A stretch of DNA of 64,000 nucleotides from Collinsella aerofaciens (GTDB lineage: Bacteria; Actinomycetota; Coriobacteriia; Coriobacteriales; Coriobacteriaceae). Both the position numbers and the translations under genes were made by a program. Numbering within the stretch: position 1 is the stretch's first letter; each line of letters opens with the position of its first letter. A model generated the notes under the pieces. The model did no database searches and was not told the DNA's origin. It was given only the letters and a program-made list of their open reading frames with translations. Positions 1 through 11,543 of the stretch are shown in pieces. The stretch spans positions 2,070,865 to 2,134,864 of the forward strand of contig NAKE01000001.1 in assembly GCA_008680965.1 (NCBI GenBank). The letters run 5' to 3'.

Positions 1-341
1 GCGTTGACCTCGATCATGCCCGTGTCGTAGTAAGCGCCCCACATGCCGGGCGTGAGCGAGCACGCCCAAAAGCACAGGCTCACGGCCAGGTTGACCAGCA
101 GCGCGAGGACAGAGATTTTGATGGATGCCTTGGCGCCAAAGCGCTTGCAGATCATGTCCTGGCACAAAAACGAAACCCAGCTCACCACAAAGCCGCAATC
201 GAGTGCCAGATACGGCAGGCTGATAAGCTCTTTGTTGGCCAGCAGGTTCATCATGATGACACTCACGAAAAACAGCGAAACCGTTGCCGCGGGAATGCTC
301 CGCAACAGGACCTTGTAGTCCTCCATGACCTTCTTGATCAT
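1..341 (-). CDS. VUT family (YhhQ/DUF165-like, queuosine-precursor transporter type) membrane protein, N-terminal part only; gene runs off the window start
   Basis: Reverse-strand ATG at 339-341 follows an AAAGGAG RBS. The translation starts MIKKVMEDYKVLLRSIPAATVSLFFVSVIMMNLLANKELISLPYLALDCGFVVSWVSF... and is hydrophobic and VUT-like. It is not in the ORF track because no stop lies inside the window. The listed + ORF 43..318 is its antisense shadow. Confidence 0.55.
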   Translation of the reverse strand, partial: MIKKVMEDYKVLLRSIPAATVSLFFVSVIMMNLLANKELISLPYLALDCGFVVSWVSFLCQDMICKRFGAKASIKISVLALLVNLAVSLCFWACSLTPGMWGAYYDTGMIEVN

Positions 342-497
342 TATGTACTCCTTTGGTTTTAGGTTTAACGAGCAGGATATCGGACCCGAACTGCTCGGAC
401 GTCACGGGCTTGAGACGACGATGGGTATAATAGCCGCTCACACGGCATCAGGCAAGCAAACGGCGCGGCAGCCCCACAGGGCCACCGCGCCGATGCA

Positions 498-2111
<1,614 letters not shown>

Positions 2112-2265
2112 GCGGATCCTTTCTTGCATTGAGTGCATTACGTCGATGTAACCGCACTATTGTAGCCGCGAAATCCCGCTCTAGGGCGCCTATCAGGACA
2201 AATTCATCAGTTGGGGCCTGGGTAGCCGGCCCAATCCGAATTTGTCTCTTGCGTAACTGTACATA

Positions 2266-2299
2266 GTGTATATATACTGTGCTTACCGGTTATATACAC
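2266..2299. promoter_or_regulatory. inverted repeat GTGTATATA-N16-TATATACAC, candidate GntR operator/promoter
   Basis: 9-bp perfect inverted repeat (2266-2274 / 2291-2299) in an AT-rich patch ~30 nt upstream of the GntR gene start. Confidence 0.4.
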
Positions 2300-2326
2300 G
2301 TGTAGCCCAACAGCTAAGGAGCCGCT

Positions 2327-2707
2327 GTGGACATCATCCTATCCAATTCGAGCGACAAGCCCATCTACGAGCAAATAGCCTCGCAAGTCAAAGCTCAGAT
2401 CCTTTCGGGCGCGCTCGCTGCAGGAGCCAAACTCCCCAGCATCCGTGCACTCGCGAGCGATCTTGGCGTGAGTGTCATCACCACCAAGCGCGCCTACGCC
2501 GACCTGGAGCAACTCGGCTTTATCTGCACCGTGCAGGGCAAGGGCTGTTTTGTCGCCGAGGGCAACCAAGAACTCTTGCGCGAAAACCAGCTCTGCCATA
2601 TCGAAGAGCTGCTTGCGAAAGCGGCGAGCCAAGCCGAAGCCTTGGGCGTCACGCGCGACAAGCTGCACGAGATGCTCGACCTCGTAGCCCCCGAAACCAT
2701 GCAGTAG
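2327..2707 (+). CDS. GntR family (YtrA-like, short) transcriptional regulator
   Basis: GTG start after an AAGGAG RBS. The wHTH reads PSIRALASDLGVSVITTKRAYADLEQLGFI. Size ~125 aa, immediately upstream of ABC ATPase and ABC-2 permease genes, as in ytrA-type operons. Confidence 0.8.
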   Translation: MDIILSNSSDKPIYEQIASQVKAQILSGALAAGAKLPSIRALASDLGVSVITTKRAYADLEQLGFICTVQGKGCFVAEGNQELLRENQLCHIEELLAKAASQAEALGVTRDKLHEMLDLVAPETMQ

Positions 2708-2730
2708 CCATCTGCAAGAAAGGCTATACC

Positions 2731-3612
2731 ATGCAAAAGTTGCTAGAACTCAAAGGTGTATCGCGCCGCGTGAGCGACCGCTTTTCACTGCGCGACGTCA
2801 CGCTTGCCGTGGAGCCCGGCCAGATCGTTGGCTTTGTGGGCGCAAATGGCGCCGGCAAGACGACGACCATTCGCGCCGCGCTTGGGCTTATAAAGCCCGA
2901 TGCCGGCGAGGTGCATCTGCTTGGACAGCGCTGCGACGCCAACGCGCCCGACGAGACGCAGCGCCACCTGCGCTCCCGCATCGGGCTTGCCCTGGACACG
3001 TGTCCCTTCCCCTCCACGCTCAAGGTGGGCCAGGTCGAGAAGCTCGTAGGCCCGGCATACCCCACGTGGAGCTGCGAAACGTTCGCCGGATTCATCGACC
3101 GATTTGGCCTCGACCCCAAGACGAAGGTCAAGGACCTCTCCCGCGGCATGGGCATGAAGCTGCAGCTCGCCTGTGCGCTCAGCCACAATGCCAAGCTGCT
3201 CGTTTTGGACGAAGCCACCGCGGGCCTCGATCCCATGGCGCGCGAGGAACTGCTCGACGAGTTGCTTGCCTTTGTCGCCGACGGCCAGCACAGCGTGCTG
3301 CTCTCGAGCCACATTACGTCCGACCTCGATCGCGCCGCCGACCGCGTCATCTGCATCGATAACGGTTCGATTGTGTTTGACCTGCCGCGCGAGGACATTA
3401 CCGACCGAGCCGGCATCGCCCACTGCACCCAAGCACAGGCCGCAGAGCTTATGGCTTGCGTCGAAGGCGCCCGTGCCGCCCACCACGCCTATAGCGTGGA
3501 CGTGCTCGTGCCCAACCGTCGCGATGTGCTCGAGGCCTTCCCCGAGATTCCCTGCGACCGGGCAACCATTGATGACTATCTTCGCCTCACGCTGAAAGGG
3601 GCTTCGAAATGA
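2731..3612 (+). CDS. ABC transporter ATP-binding protein
   Basis: Walker A GANGAGKTT, a signature-like LSRGMGMKL and Walker B LLVLDEATAGLD. Start at MQKLLELKG (ATG 2731). The longer ORF-track start at 2266 overlaps the GntR gene and is spurious. Confidence 0.85.
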   Translation: MQKLLELKGVSRRVSDRFSLRDVTLAVEPGQIVGFVGANGAGKTTTIRAALGLIKPDAGEVHLLGQRCDANAPDETQRHLRSRIGLALDTCPFPSTLKVGQVEKLVGPAYPTWSCETFAGFIDRFGLDPKTKVKDLSRGMGMKLQLACALSHNAKLLVLDEATAGLDPMAREELLDELLAFVADGQHSVLLSSHITSDLDRAADRVICIDNGSIVFDLPREDITDRAGIAHCTQAQAAELMACVEGARAAHHAYSVDVLVPNRRDVLEAFPEIPCDRATIDDYLRLTLKGASK

Positions 3613-4307
3613 AACGCGCCTTTATGTCTGAGCTCGCCATCGTCCGCACGCTTGTCCCGAGCATCGCGGGCGTCGGCCTGTTCATCTTCGTCGTACTGAC
3701 CCTCGCCAACGCATCGGACGGTGACTCTGGCATGAGTGCCGGCGCCTGCGCGGTCAGCGCCATGTCGCCCATCGTGGTCATGAACTCGCTGGCCGGCTAC
3801 GACAATCAAAACGGATGGGAGCGCTATCGGGCAACGCTGCCCATCTCGCGCAAAGACATCATCTGTGCACGCTACCTGAGCATCATTGTCTTCTCGGCCG
3901 TCATGGCGTGCGCCGCCGCGCTTTTGAGCATCGTCTCCATCCCGCTCTTCAACAGCGCGGGTATTCCCTCGACGGGACAGACCGTCTTTGAGACCACAAT
4001 AGCCTCCGCCGCATCGATGCTCATCTCCCTCATGATGGTGTTTTTGGCACAGCCGCTGTTCTTTCGATTTGGACACATGGAGGCGCTGCGCCTTTCCGTC
4101 GGCCTGTTTGCCCTGCTCGGGTGCCTTGCCATGGCAGCGCTGAGCTCCTCCAACCCCATCAGCAACTGGCTCATGTCGATTGCCGGGGCGAATCCCGACC
4201 CTGCTGTTCTTGGCTGTCTGTGCGCAGGAATCGCGGTATTGACCCTCGTGCTATGTGCACTTAGCTGCATCGTCAGCACCAAGGTTTATCGAGTACGCGA
4301 TCTGTAG
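3609..4307 (+). CDS. ABC-2 type transporter permease
   Basis: 4-nt overlap with the ATPase stop, multiple hydrophobic helices, operon context. Confidence 0.7.
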   Translation: MKRAFMSELAIVRTLVPSIAGVGLFIFVVLTLANASDGDSGMSAGACAVSAMSPIVVMNSLAGYDNQNGWERYRATLPISRKDIICARYLSIIVFSAVMACAAALLSIVSIPLFNSAGIPSTGQTVFETTIASAASMLISLMMVFLAQPLFFRFGHMEALRLSVGLFALLGCLAMAALSSSNPISNWLMSIAGANPDPAVLGCLCAGIAVLTLVLCALSCIVSTKVYRVRDL

Positions 4308-4586
4308 CCACGCGAAACTTGACCCATGCTGGCCACAATCGGTCGTAATCGCCCATCCGCCAATCCGTGACAAATGGCATGTCCCCGGCCCGTGTGTGAC
4401 GTTCTATAATAAAAACGTCACGGGCCTCAGCCCAATTTCGATCATCCAAGGGGATGTCTTTTTGGTCATTGTTCTTTAGGGAACGGTCAATCGCATACAA
4501 ATTGAAAACGGCCGTCTTGCGGCCGTGGTTTGTTGCGCCGTTCCGCCTCCGTCATCTGCCACATATGCACCTGATAGGAAAGAACA

Positions 4587-5324
4587 ATGAACTCTGCGAA
4601 ATCTCAATCCTTCCCAAAAGCCACCAGCTTCGACGCGGCACTTGTACGTTCTAAGATTATGGGGCCGAACCCCCTCAAGCTCTGCGAAGAGCTGCTTCGC
4701 GGCGCAAGCATCCCCCGCGGCGTCCGCGTCTGCGACCTTGGATCGGGCACCGGTATCACCAGCGCCCTGCTTGCCCACGAATACGGGTTGGACACGTACG
4801 CTGTCGATCTGTGGAGCGACCCACAGGAAAACCGCGCGTTCTTCGATTCGCTCGGCATCCCCCGCGACACTATTCACCCTGTTAAGGCGGACGCCTCACA
4901 AGGGCTGCCGTTTGAGCACGACTTTTTTGATGCAGTCGTGAGCATCGACTCGTACAACTACTACGGTCGCGACCCGCACTATCTGGGCGAGCGCCTGCTC
5001 CCCTACGTAAAGCAAGGCGGGATGCTCTACTTAAGCATCCCCGGCATGGTTCGCGACTGCCACGACAACCTGCCCGCCTGCCTGCTCAAATCCTGGGCAC
5101 CCGAGCAGCTCGACTATATGCACGACATAGCCTGGTGGCGCGCCATGATCGAGCCGACCCCCGGCGTCGAGATTGTCTCGATGCAGCCTATGCTCTGCAC
5201 GGACGAAGCGTGGGAAGACTGGCTCGCCTGCGACAACGAGTACGCAGCAGGCGACCGCGCTGCCGTTGAAGCCGGCGCGCTCGAATACCTCAACACCATC
5301 GCCATCGTGCTGAGAAAGTTCTAA
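4587..5324 (+). CDS. class I SAM-dependent methyltransferase
   Basis: Motif I VCDLGSGTGITS followed by an acidic loop (AVDLW). Confidence 0.7.
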   Translation: MNSAKSQSFPKATSFDAALVRSKIMGPNPLKLCEELLRGASIPRGVRVCDLGSGTGITSALLAHEYGLDTYAVDLWSDPQENRAFFDSLGIPRDTIHPVKADASQGLPFEHDFFDAVVSIDSYNYYGRDPHYLGERLLPYVKQGGMLYLSIPGMVRDCHDNLPACLLKSWAPEQLDYMHDIAWWRAMIEPTPGVEIVSMQPMLCTDEAWEDWLACDNEYAAGDRAAVEAGALEYLNTIAIVLRKF

Positions 5325-5406
5325 ACAATAGCCGCGCGAGCCGTAAACAAACGGCCTCACGCGGCTTCTTTAAAACAAGTTCTGAACAACCGTAAAGCGC
5401 AATACG

Positions 5407-6705
5407 CTACTTGCGCAGCGGCTTGGGCAGCGGAATGCCGGCGGCGATGACGGCCGCGATGATCATGCAAACGATACCCTTGAGTGGGAAGCACATGAGC
5501 AGCAGGCCCACAACCATAACAGGCTGGCGCATAACGGCGCCCATCGTCGATGCCGTGCAGACGGCGACGCAAAAGACCGGATCTGCGCCGGTGAGGATGG
5601 CAAGGCCGTAGCCCAGGCTTACGCCCGAGAAGATAACCGGGAAGAAGTGGCCGCCGCGCCAGCCCATGTTGATGAGGGCGGGTGTCAGCATGGCCTTGAG
5701 AAGACCGGTCGCGATGAGCACACCGGCGGGGATGGTGAGGTAGGTCTCCATAAGTACGTCGGCCTGGGTCTCACCGGCAAACATGGTATAAGGCAGAACT
5801 GTGCCGCAGATGGCGAGCGCCAGACCAGCCAGCATGGCCTTGACGACGGGGCGCTCCCCTATTGCATGGGACAGCGCCTCACTTGCATGCTCGGAGACAA
5901 AGTACAGCCAACCGCATACGGTGCCGACCAACGCCAGCGGAATGAGCCAGACAAGTTCCAGGTTGCCCACCTCGGCAGCCTCGAACCTCGGCATGCCCAT
6001 GCCGCCACCCATAAGCTGGCCGAGCAGCAGATAGGTGCCCAGGCCGCCGGCAATCGCGATGCCGTAGACCACGGTCTTTTGCGCCTTGGGCAGCTTGATG
6101 GTGATCTCGTCGGACGCGGAGTCCTCGCCAGCGCCCCGACCATCGGCGCTACCGGCGAGCGGCGCCACAAAGCCAAAGATGGGCGCGGTAAAGAGCGCCG
6201 TCAGGGCAGCCTGGGTACCCAGCAGCGTAAGCTCCCTAAACTCGGCGCCAAAGCGACGCATGCGGTCGCCGACCCAGCTGCACAGACCCGCGATAACGCC
6301 GGTCAGGCCGGCCTCCGGTCCAATGCTTCCGCCAAACAGCAGCGGCAGCAATGCCGCAAGCGAAAGCTTGCCGAGGTTGTCGTACGGGTAGCGACCGTCT
6401 TGCTTAACCTTGGCCATCACCTGGTTGAGGTCATCGGTCTTGGTGCCCGTCATCTTTTCGTACAGACCGATCAGCAGGCCGCCCAGCAGGCAGACGAAAA
6501 ACGGGTACGGCAAAAAACCGAACGGACCGCTCGCGAGCTCGGGCGAAGCGACGCCCAGCATATGAGGGATCTCGGTCCATAGATAGTTGATACCGTGCTC
6601 CATCGCAAAGAAAAACAGCCAGACCGCGGCGCCCGCAAACGCACCGGTCACGGCCACGCTCACTAAAAACAGCGCACGGTTTTTGGGTTTTGCAAGGTTA
6701 TCCAT
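5407..6705 (-). CDS. ClC family voltage-gated chloride channel / H+-Cl- antiporter
   Basis: GPEAGLTG and GGHFFPVIF selectivity-type motifs, ~10+ TM segments. Confidence 0.8.
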   Translation of the reverse strand: MDNLAKPKNRALFLVSVAVTGAFAGAAVWLFFFAMEHGINYLWTEIPHMLGVASPELASGPFGFLPYPFFVCLLGGLLIGLYEKMTGTKTDDLNQVMAKVKQDGRYPYDNLGKLSLAALLPLLFGGSIGPEAGLTGVIAGLCSWVGDRMRRFGAEFRELTLLGTQAALTALFTAPIFGFVAPLAGSADGRGAGEDSASDEITIKLPKAQKTVVYGIAIAGGLGTYLLLGQLMGGGMGMPRFEAAEVGNLELVWLIPLALVGTVCGWLYFVSEHASEALSHAIGERPVVKAMLAGLALAICGTVLPYTMFAGETQADVLMETYLTIPAGVLIATGLLKAMLTPALINMGWRGGHFFPVIFSGVSLGYGLAILTGADPVFCVAVCTASTMGAVMRQPVMVVGLLLMCFPLKGIVCMIIAAVIAAGIPLPKPLRK

Positions 6706-6831
6706 CGGGACCTCCCGTGGTCAAAATCGACAAAGATACGTTTTATTGTAGAGCGAGCGTTGCCCGAACGAGCCAACCATCTGCGCCGCGAACAGCGCCG
6801 TTGGGTGCCGCACACGCGACGGGCCCAAGGC

Positions 6832-7365
6832 TTAGCTGCCGATAATCGATGCGATTTGGTGCAGGTCGTCGGCAAAGTAGATGCCGGCCTGGCGCTGCGG
6901 GCTCGATAGGCCCTTGTCGATCATGTGCCCGAGCAGCGACCTAAGGTCGTTGTAGTAACCGTCCAAGTTGTACAGGATGCACGGCGCGCTCAGATGGCCC
7001 AGCGACACGGCCGACATGACCTCGGCAATCTCCTCGAGCGTGCCCGTACCGCCCGGAAAGGCGATGAACGCATCGCCGAGCTCGATCATCTTGGCCTTAC
7101 GCTCGGCCATATCACTCGTCACGATCAGGTCGTCGATACCATCGTGCTGAAACTCGGCCTCGATAAAAAAGCTCGGCTCCACACCGGTCACGTGTCCGCC
7201 GGCATCGAGCACGCTATCGGCGAGCGCGCCCATCAGCCCCGACTTGGACCCGCCGTATACCAGCGCGTGGCCGTTGGAGCCAATCCATGTGCCGAGCTGC
7301 TGCACCGCAGGCAGAAACGCCGGGTCGTTACCGACGCTGGCGCCCAGGTATACCGTGATATTCAT
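6832..7365 (-). CDS. LOG family (TIGR00730) protein, cytokinin riboside 5'-monophosphate phosphoribohydrolase-like
   Basis: Motifs YGGSKSGLMG and PGGTGTLEE; ~177 aa. Confidence 0.8.
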   Translation of the reverse strand: MNITVYLGASVGNDPAFLPAVQQLGTWIGSNGHALVYGGSKSGLMGALADSVLDAGGHVTGVEPSFFIEAEFQHDGIDDLIVTSDMAERKAKMIELGDAFIAFPGGTGTLEEIAEVMSAVSLGHLSAPCILYNLDGYYNDLRSLLGHMIDKGLSSPQRQAGIYFADDLHQIASIIGS

Positions 7366-7400
7366 ATTCAGCCCCCTTGTTGTGACGCGCGGCGCCCGCC

Positions 7401-7826
7401 CTAGCGTTGGCGTCGGCGATATTCGCGCACGCGGCGCGACAGGTCGGCGAGCTCATCGCGATCGAGCTCTTCCAGATGCTCAAGATCGTCCATAAAGCGC
7501 GCCATGGTGTCCTTTTGGCGCATCTTGATGAGCGTATTGCAGTAGTTCACCGCCACGCCCGTGAGCATGGCGATGTAGAAGATGCTGATGACGCTCAAAA
7601 CGACGGTGATAGCGCGGGCAACCGGCGTTTCGGCCGGGATATCGCCAAAGCCGATCGTCGATACGGTCTCAAAGCTAAACCAGAGGCCATCGCCAAACGT
7701 AAGGGTCGCAGGGTCGGACAGCCAGACGGCCGTCGAGCACAGCAGGTAGAAGATAAGGAACAGGCCGGTGATGCGCGCAAAGCCAGCCTGGCGCAACACG
7801 TCGGCAAGCGTCCTCAACTTGTTCAT
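7401..7826 (-). CDS. two-TM potassium channel family protein
   Basis: Selectivity filter TVSTIGFGD. Start moved to MNKLRTLADV (ATG 7824-7826), because the upstream ORF-track extension runs through the repeat-rich intergenic region. Confidence 0.75.
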   Translation of the reverse strand: MNKLRTLADVLRQAGFARITGLFLIFYLLCSTAVWLSDPATLTFGDGLWFSFETVSTIGFGDIPAETPVARAITVVLSVISIFYIAMLTGVAVNYCNTLIKMRQKDTMARFMDDLEHLEELDRDELADLSRRVREYRRRQR

Positions 7827-7913
7827 CGCGACCCCTTTTCCCAAGCGTCCAATCATGTTCGTTCGGTATTGTCCCACACTCGGCACTCGAGAACGCTCCT
7901 TTTGTGCTGGCAG

Positions 7914-8058
7914 AAAGGGACTGTCCCCAACTGCCGGCACATAAGGAACGTCCCTAAGTGCCAACTCCGGCAAAGAGTGTCCCCGGCGACTAGTCGTTTA
8001 AGAACGTCCCCAATGACTACTACAACTGCCGGACAGATTGGGAACGTCCCTAAGTGCC
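7914..8058. repeat. cluster of GTCCC(C/T)-centred repeats, including an imperfect ~35-nt direct repeat
   Basis: GGAACGTCCCTAAGTGCC occurs exactly at 7945-7962 and 8041-8058, each preceded by CAACTGCCGG. Further copies are GGGACTGTCCCC (7917-7928), GAGTGTCCCC and GAACGTCCCCAATGAC. The cluster lies between the divergent K+ channel and hybrid kinase genes. Confidence 0.8.
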
Positions 8059-8088
8059 GGATGTTAGGCAAGCTGAGCTGGTATCCTT

Positions 8089-10926
8089 ATGCGGTATTAT
8101 CTCGACTCGATAGGATTGCCTGTGAAACCTTCCGCCGTCCTTCACTTAGCTCTATATCGCACCCTAGCCGTCGCGCTTGCTGCGCTCACACTACTGAGCG
8201 CCGTCATGCCCACCCCAGCCTTTGCCGCCGACTCCGACCAGCAGGTCAAGACGGTCCGCGTTGGCTGGCTCGTCAACAACAAAGGCTTCCAGGAAGGCAC
8301 GCCGGGCGAGCGCCTCTCGGGATGGGGCTACGAGTACCTCCAGACCCTCTCGTATTACACAAAGGGCTGGCAATACGAATACGTTAGCGGCACCTTCTCC
8401 GAGCTTATGGACATGCTCGAGGCAGGCGAAATCGACCTCATGCCCAACATCTCGTATTCGGCAGAACGCGAGCAGAAGCTGCTCTTTTCCTCGAACCCCG
8501 AGGGCACCGAGCGCTACTACATCTACGCCAGGCCCGACCGCGACGACCTGGCCAAGGGTGACCCCCAGGCGCTCCAAGGCCTCACCATCGGCTGCAACTC
8601 TGGCGTTATGCAAACTATCGTCGGCCAGCAGTGGCTCGCCGACGAAGGCGTTACCTGCACCTATAAAGAAATCGACACCGGCAGTGCCCTCTTTGAGGCG
8701 CTTGCAGACGGCGAGGTCGACGCCGTCATCATGAACGACACCATTTCGTCGCCCGATGCGTCACCCATGTTCTACGTAGGCTCGAGCGACTACTATTTTG
8801 CCGTTCCCAAAAGCCGCCCTGATCTGATGAACGACATCAACGCCGCCATGACGACCATCGCCCGCGATAACCCGCGCTATAACGAGGAAGTCAAATCGAG
8901 TTACTCGACCCAAAACAGTGGCTCGTCATCGCTCACCGGCCCCGAGACCACCTGGCTCAAAGAAAACGGCAATACCATCACGATCGGCTATCTTAAAAAC
9001 CAACTTCCCTACTGTACGCAAAATGACGACGGCGAGATGGAAGGGTCGCTCGCCTCGCTTGCAACGACGTTGCACGACAAGTTTGGCATTACGGTCAAAA
9101 CAATCGCACTCTCGAGCAACAAACAAATGATCAAAGCCCTTTCCAACGGGACCATCGATGTCGCCCTGCCGTTGTTTCGCGACTACTGGCTCGCCGAGCA
9201 GACAGGGGTCATCCAGTCAAACTCGATGGGAACGGTTTCGCTGACCGCCATTCACAGTGGCAAAAACCTGAACAGCGACCTTAAGAACATCGCTTGTACA
9301 AAGAGCACAATCGTTAACCGTTTTGAGCTCGAAAGTCTCTTTCCGAACGCAACGGTAACCGAGTATTCGAATGACGGCGAGGTGCTCAAAGCCCTCGATG
9401 AGGGGAAGGCACGTTGCATCATTGTCCCCAGCACGCGCCTGGAAACTCTCCGCGACATCTACGACATCGAGGATTTCGAAACACAGGAACTCACCAACAC
9501 GGCACAACTATCGTGTTTAATTTCGCGCGGCAAGCCCGAGCTGCTGGGAATCATCAATAAGGGCATCGTCAATGCAGGTGAATCGCTCTCTGCAAACAGC
9601 TATTTCCCCACATCGTACTCGGCGCAAGAATCGGATGCGTTCCGACTTCTCTACCGCAACCGCATCGTCATTGCGGCAGTCGTCATTTGCATTTTGCTCA
9701 CCGGCATCGTCATCCTTGTCTGGTCGCTTTACCGCGCACAGGAGGAACGGCAGAAAGCCGATGCCGCCAACGCCGCCAAAACCGCTTTCCTCACGCGCAT
9801 GAGCAACGACATCCGCACGCCGCTCAACGGCATCCTGGGCCTTATCGAAATTGAGGAATTGAGAGAAGGCGACATGCAGGTCGCCCGCGAAAGCCGCGCC
9901 AAGGCGCGCGTTGCCGCCAATCACCTGCTGTCACTGATTAACGACATCCTCGAGATGGGCAGGATCGAGGAGCGCAAAGTGACGCTCGAGCACGAATCAT
10001 TCAACCTTAAAGAGCTGTGCGACAATGCGCTCGTACTGTGCAAGCTCCGCGCATCGGACCGCCGCATAACCATGCTCGACACCAGCGAGCCCTACGCTGT
10101 CGACCAATATATGATCGGCAGCCCCACCCATATTCGGCAGATCCTTGTCAACCTGCTCGACAACAGCATCAAGTACAACAAGCACGGAGGCACCGTCACG
10201 TTCTCATCGACCATCAAACCGGTCGACGACGAGCACGCCGTGTTTTGCTTTAGCGTCTCGGATACCGGCATTGGTATGACATCCGAGTTTTTGGCACACA
10301 TTTACGAGCCGTTTGCCCAGGAAGGCGACGATGCGCGCAGCAAGTTCCAAGGAACCGGCATTGGCATGTCTATCGTCAAATCGCTCATCGATATGATGGG
10401 CGGCACGATTGAGATTTCGAGTGAGGTTGGCGTGGGGAGTACGTTTGACGTCCGGATTCCGCTCGATATCGACAAGAACCCTCAGATAAAAGAATGTGCA
10501 GACACGCAGGTAAGCAGCTGCTCACTCGCCGGCATGAACGTCCTTTTGGCAGAAGATAACGAACTCAATGCCGAGATTGCCCAAGCTCTGCTCGAAAGCG
10601 AAGGCATCGTCGTGACTCGCGCCGCCGACGGCAACGAAACGGTCGATCTATATGTTGGTCGTCCCGCCGGCAGCTTCGATGCAATCCTGATGGACATCAT
10701 GATGCCGGGCATGGACGGCTACGAGGCAACCCGGGCGATCCGCCTGAGCGAAAAGGCCGATGCGGCCGACATCCCCATCATCGCGCTCACCGCCAACGCC
10801 TTTGCCGAAGACGCCAAGGCGGCACACGACGCCGGCATGAACGCCCATCTGCCCAAACCGCTCGACTTTAGCAAGCTCAAAAACATACTCGCCTGTATCA
10901 AGAAAAATGGGGCTGTTTCGCTATAG
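8089..10926 (+). CDS. hybrid sensor histidine kinase/response regulator with two extracytoplasmic solute-binding (SBP_bac_3-like) domains
   Basis: N-terminal signal/TM, two periplasmic-binding-like repeats, a TM segment, H-box MSNDIRTPLNGILG, ATPase boxes DTGIGM and GTGIGMSIV, and a C-terminal receiver (LMDIMMPGMDG ... LPKP). Confidence 0.85.
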   Translation: MRYYLDSIGLPVKPSAVLHLALYRTLAVALAALTLLSAVMPTPAFAADSDQQVKTVRVGWLVNNKGFQEGTPGERLSGWGYEYLQTLSYYTKGWQYEYVSGTFSELMDMLEAGEIDLMPNISYSAEREQKLLFSSNPEGTERYYIYARPDRDDLAKGDPQALQGLTIGCNSGVMQTIVGQQWLADEGVTCTYKEIDTGSALFEALADGEVDAVIMNDTISSPDASPMFYVGSSDYYFAVPKSRPDLMNDINAAMTTIARDNPRYNEEVKSSYSTQNSGSSSLTGPETTWLKENGNTITIGYLKNQLPYCTQNDDGEMEGSLASLATTLHDKFGITVKTIALSSNKQMIKALSNGTIDVALPLFRDYWLAEQTGVIQSNSMGTVSLTAIHSGKNLNSDLKNIACTKSTIVNRFELESLFPNATVTEYSNDGEVLKALDEGKARCIIVPSTRLETLRDIYDIEDFETQELTNTAQLSCLISRGKPELLGIINKGIVNAGESLSANSYFPTSYSAQESDAFRLLYRNRIVIAAVVICILLTGIVILVWSLYRAQEERQKADAANAAKTAFLTRMSNDIRTPLNGILGLIEIEELREGDMQVARESRAKARVAANHLLSLINDILEMGRIEERKVTLEHESFNLKELCDNALVLCKLRASDRRITMLDTSEPYAVDQYMIGSPTHIRQILVNLLDNSIKYNKHGGTVTFSSTIKPVDDEHAVFCFSVSDTGIGMTSEFLAHIYEPFAQEGDDARSKFQGTGIGMSIVKSLIDMMGGTIEISSEVGVGSTFDVRIPLDIDKNPQIKECADTQVSSCSLAGMNVLLAEDNELNAEIAQALLESEGIVVTRAADGNETVDLYVGRPAGSFDAILMDIMMPGMDGYEATRAIRLSEKADAADIPIIALTANAFAEDAKAAHDAGMNAHLPKPLDFSKLKNILACIKKNGAVSL

Positions 10927-10967
10927 TTTGTGCTCAACCACCATGCGCAGTAGAAAGGAAGCCAACG

Positions 10968-11447
10968 ATGTTTAGGCCCTTACGTCGAAAGAAACGCGCC
11001 ATCACCGACGAGAAAGCGCGCGAACTGCTCGCTACCTGCAAGCGCGGCGTCTTTGCCGTCAACGGCGATGATGGCTACCCCTATGCCATTCCCGTCAACT
11101 ACTTCTTTGACGCCGAGCACGACAAGATTTATTTCCATGGCGCCAAGGCTGGCCACAAGGTCGATTCACTCAAGCATGATGATAAAGTCTGCTTTACCGT
11201 TTACGGCAACGAGTGGTACAAGGACGGCGACTGGGCTCCCTACGTTATGAGTACCGTTGTCTTTGGTCGTTGTCGCCTGGTAGATGAAGCGCCCGCGTTT
11301 ATCGAGGACAAAGTCCGTCAGCTCGCGCTTAAGTACTACCCTTCTGCCGAAGAAGTCGAGGAGGAGATCGCCAAAGACATAAAGGGCGTCCAACTCTACG
11401 AGATTTCGATTGAACATCTTTGCGGCAAGCAGATTCATGAAAAGTAG
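10968..11447 (+). CDS. pyridoxamine 5'-phosphate oxidase family (NimA-like flavin-binding) protein
   Basis: ~159 aa with GYPYAIPVNYFF...IYFHGAKAGHK, typical of the PNPOx-like split-barrel family. Confidence 0.7.
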   Translation: MFRPLRRKKRAITDEKARELLATCKRGVFAVNGDDGYPYAIPVNYFFDAEHDKIYFHGAKAGHKVDSLKHDDKVCFTVYGNEWYKDGDWAPYVMSTVVFGRCRLVDEAPAFIEDKVRQLALKYYPSAEEVEEEIAKDIKGVQLYEISIEHLCGKQIHEK

Positions 11448-11543
11448 CGAATGCGGAAAACGCGCTCGCTACCCTCTGCACCCCATGTGCCCACGCATTT
11501 TGACGGCGTGGGCACATGGGGCAGCACTCGAATCGAGCGCCCC

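Noticed and set aside
43-318. 91-aa + ORF at the window start
   Set aside because: It lies antisense to a much better VUT-family membrane protein frame that runs off the window. It has no RBS and no recognisable family.
2266-2730. N-terminal extension of the ABC ATPase ORF (track start 2266)
   Set aside because: It overlaps the GntR gene in another frame and is Arg/Pro-rich. A proper ATG at 2731 fits the ABC N-terminus.
4273-4500. 75-aa minus ORF between the ABC-2 permease and the methyltransferase
   Set aside because: It overlaps the permease 3' end by ~35 nt. No RBS or family motif was recognised. It could be a real small gene, but I cannot support it from sequence alone.
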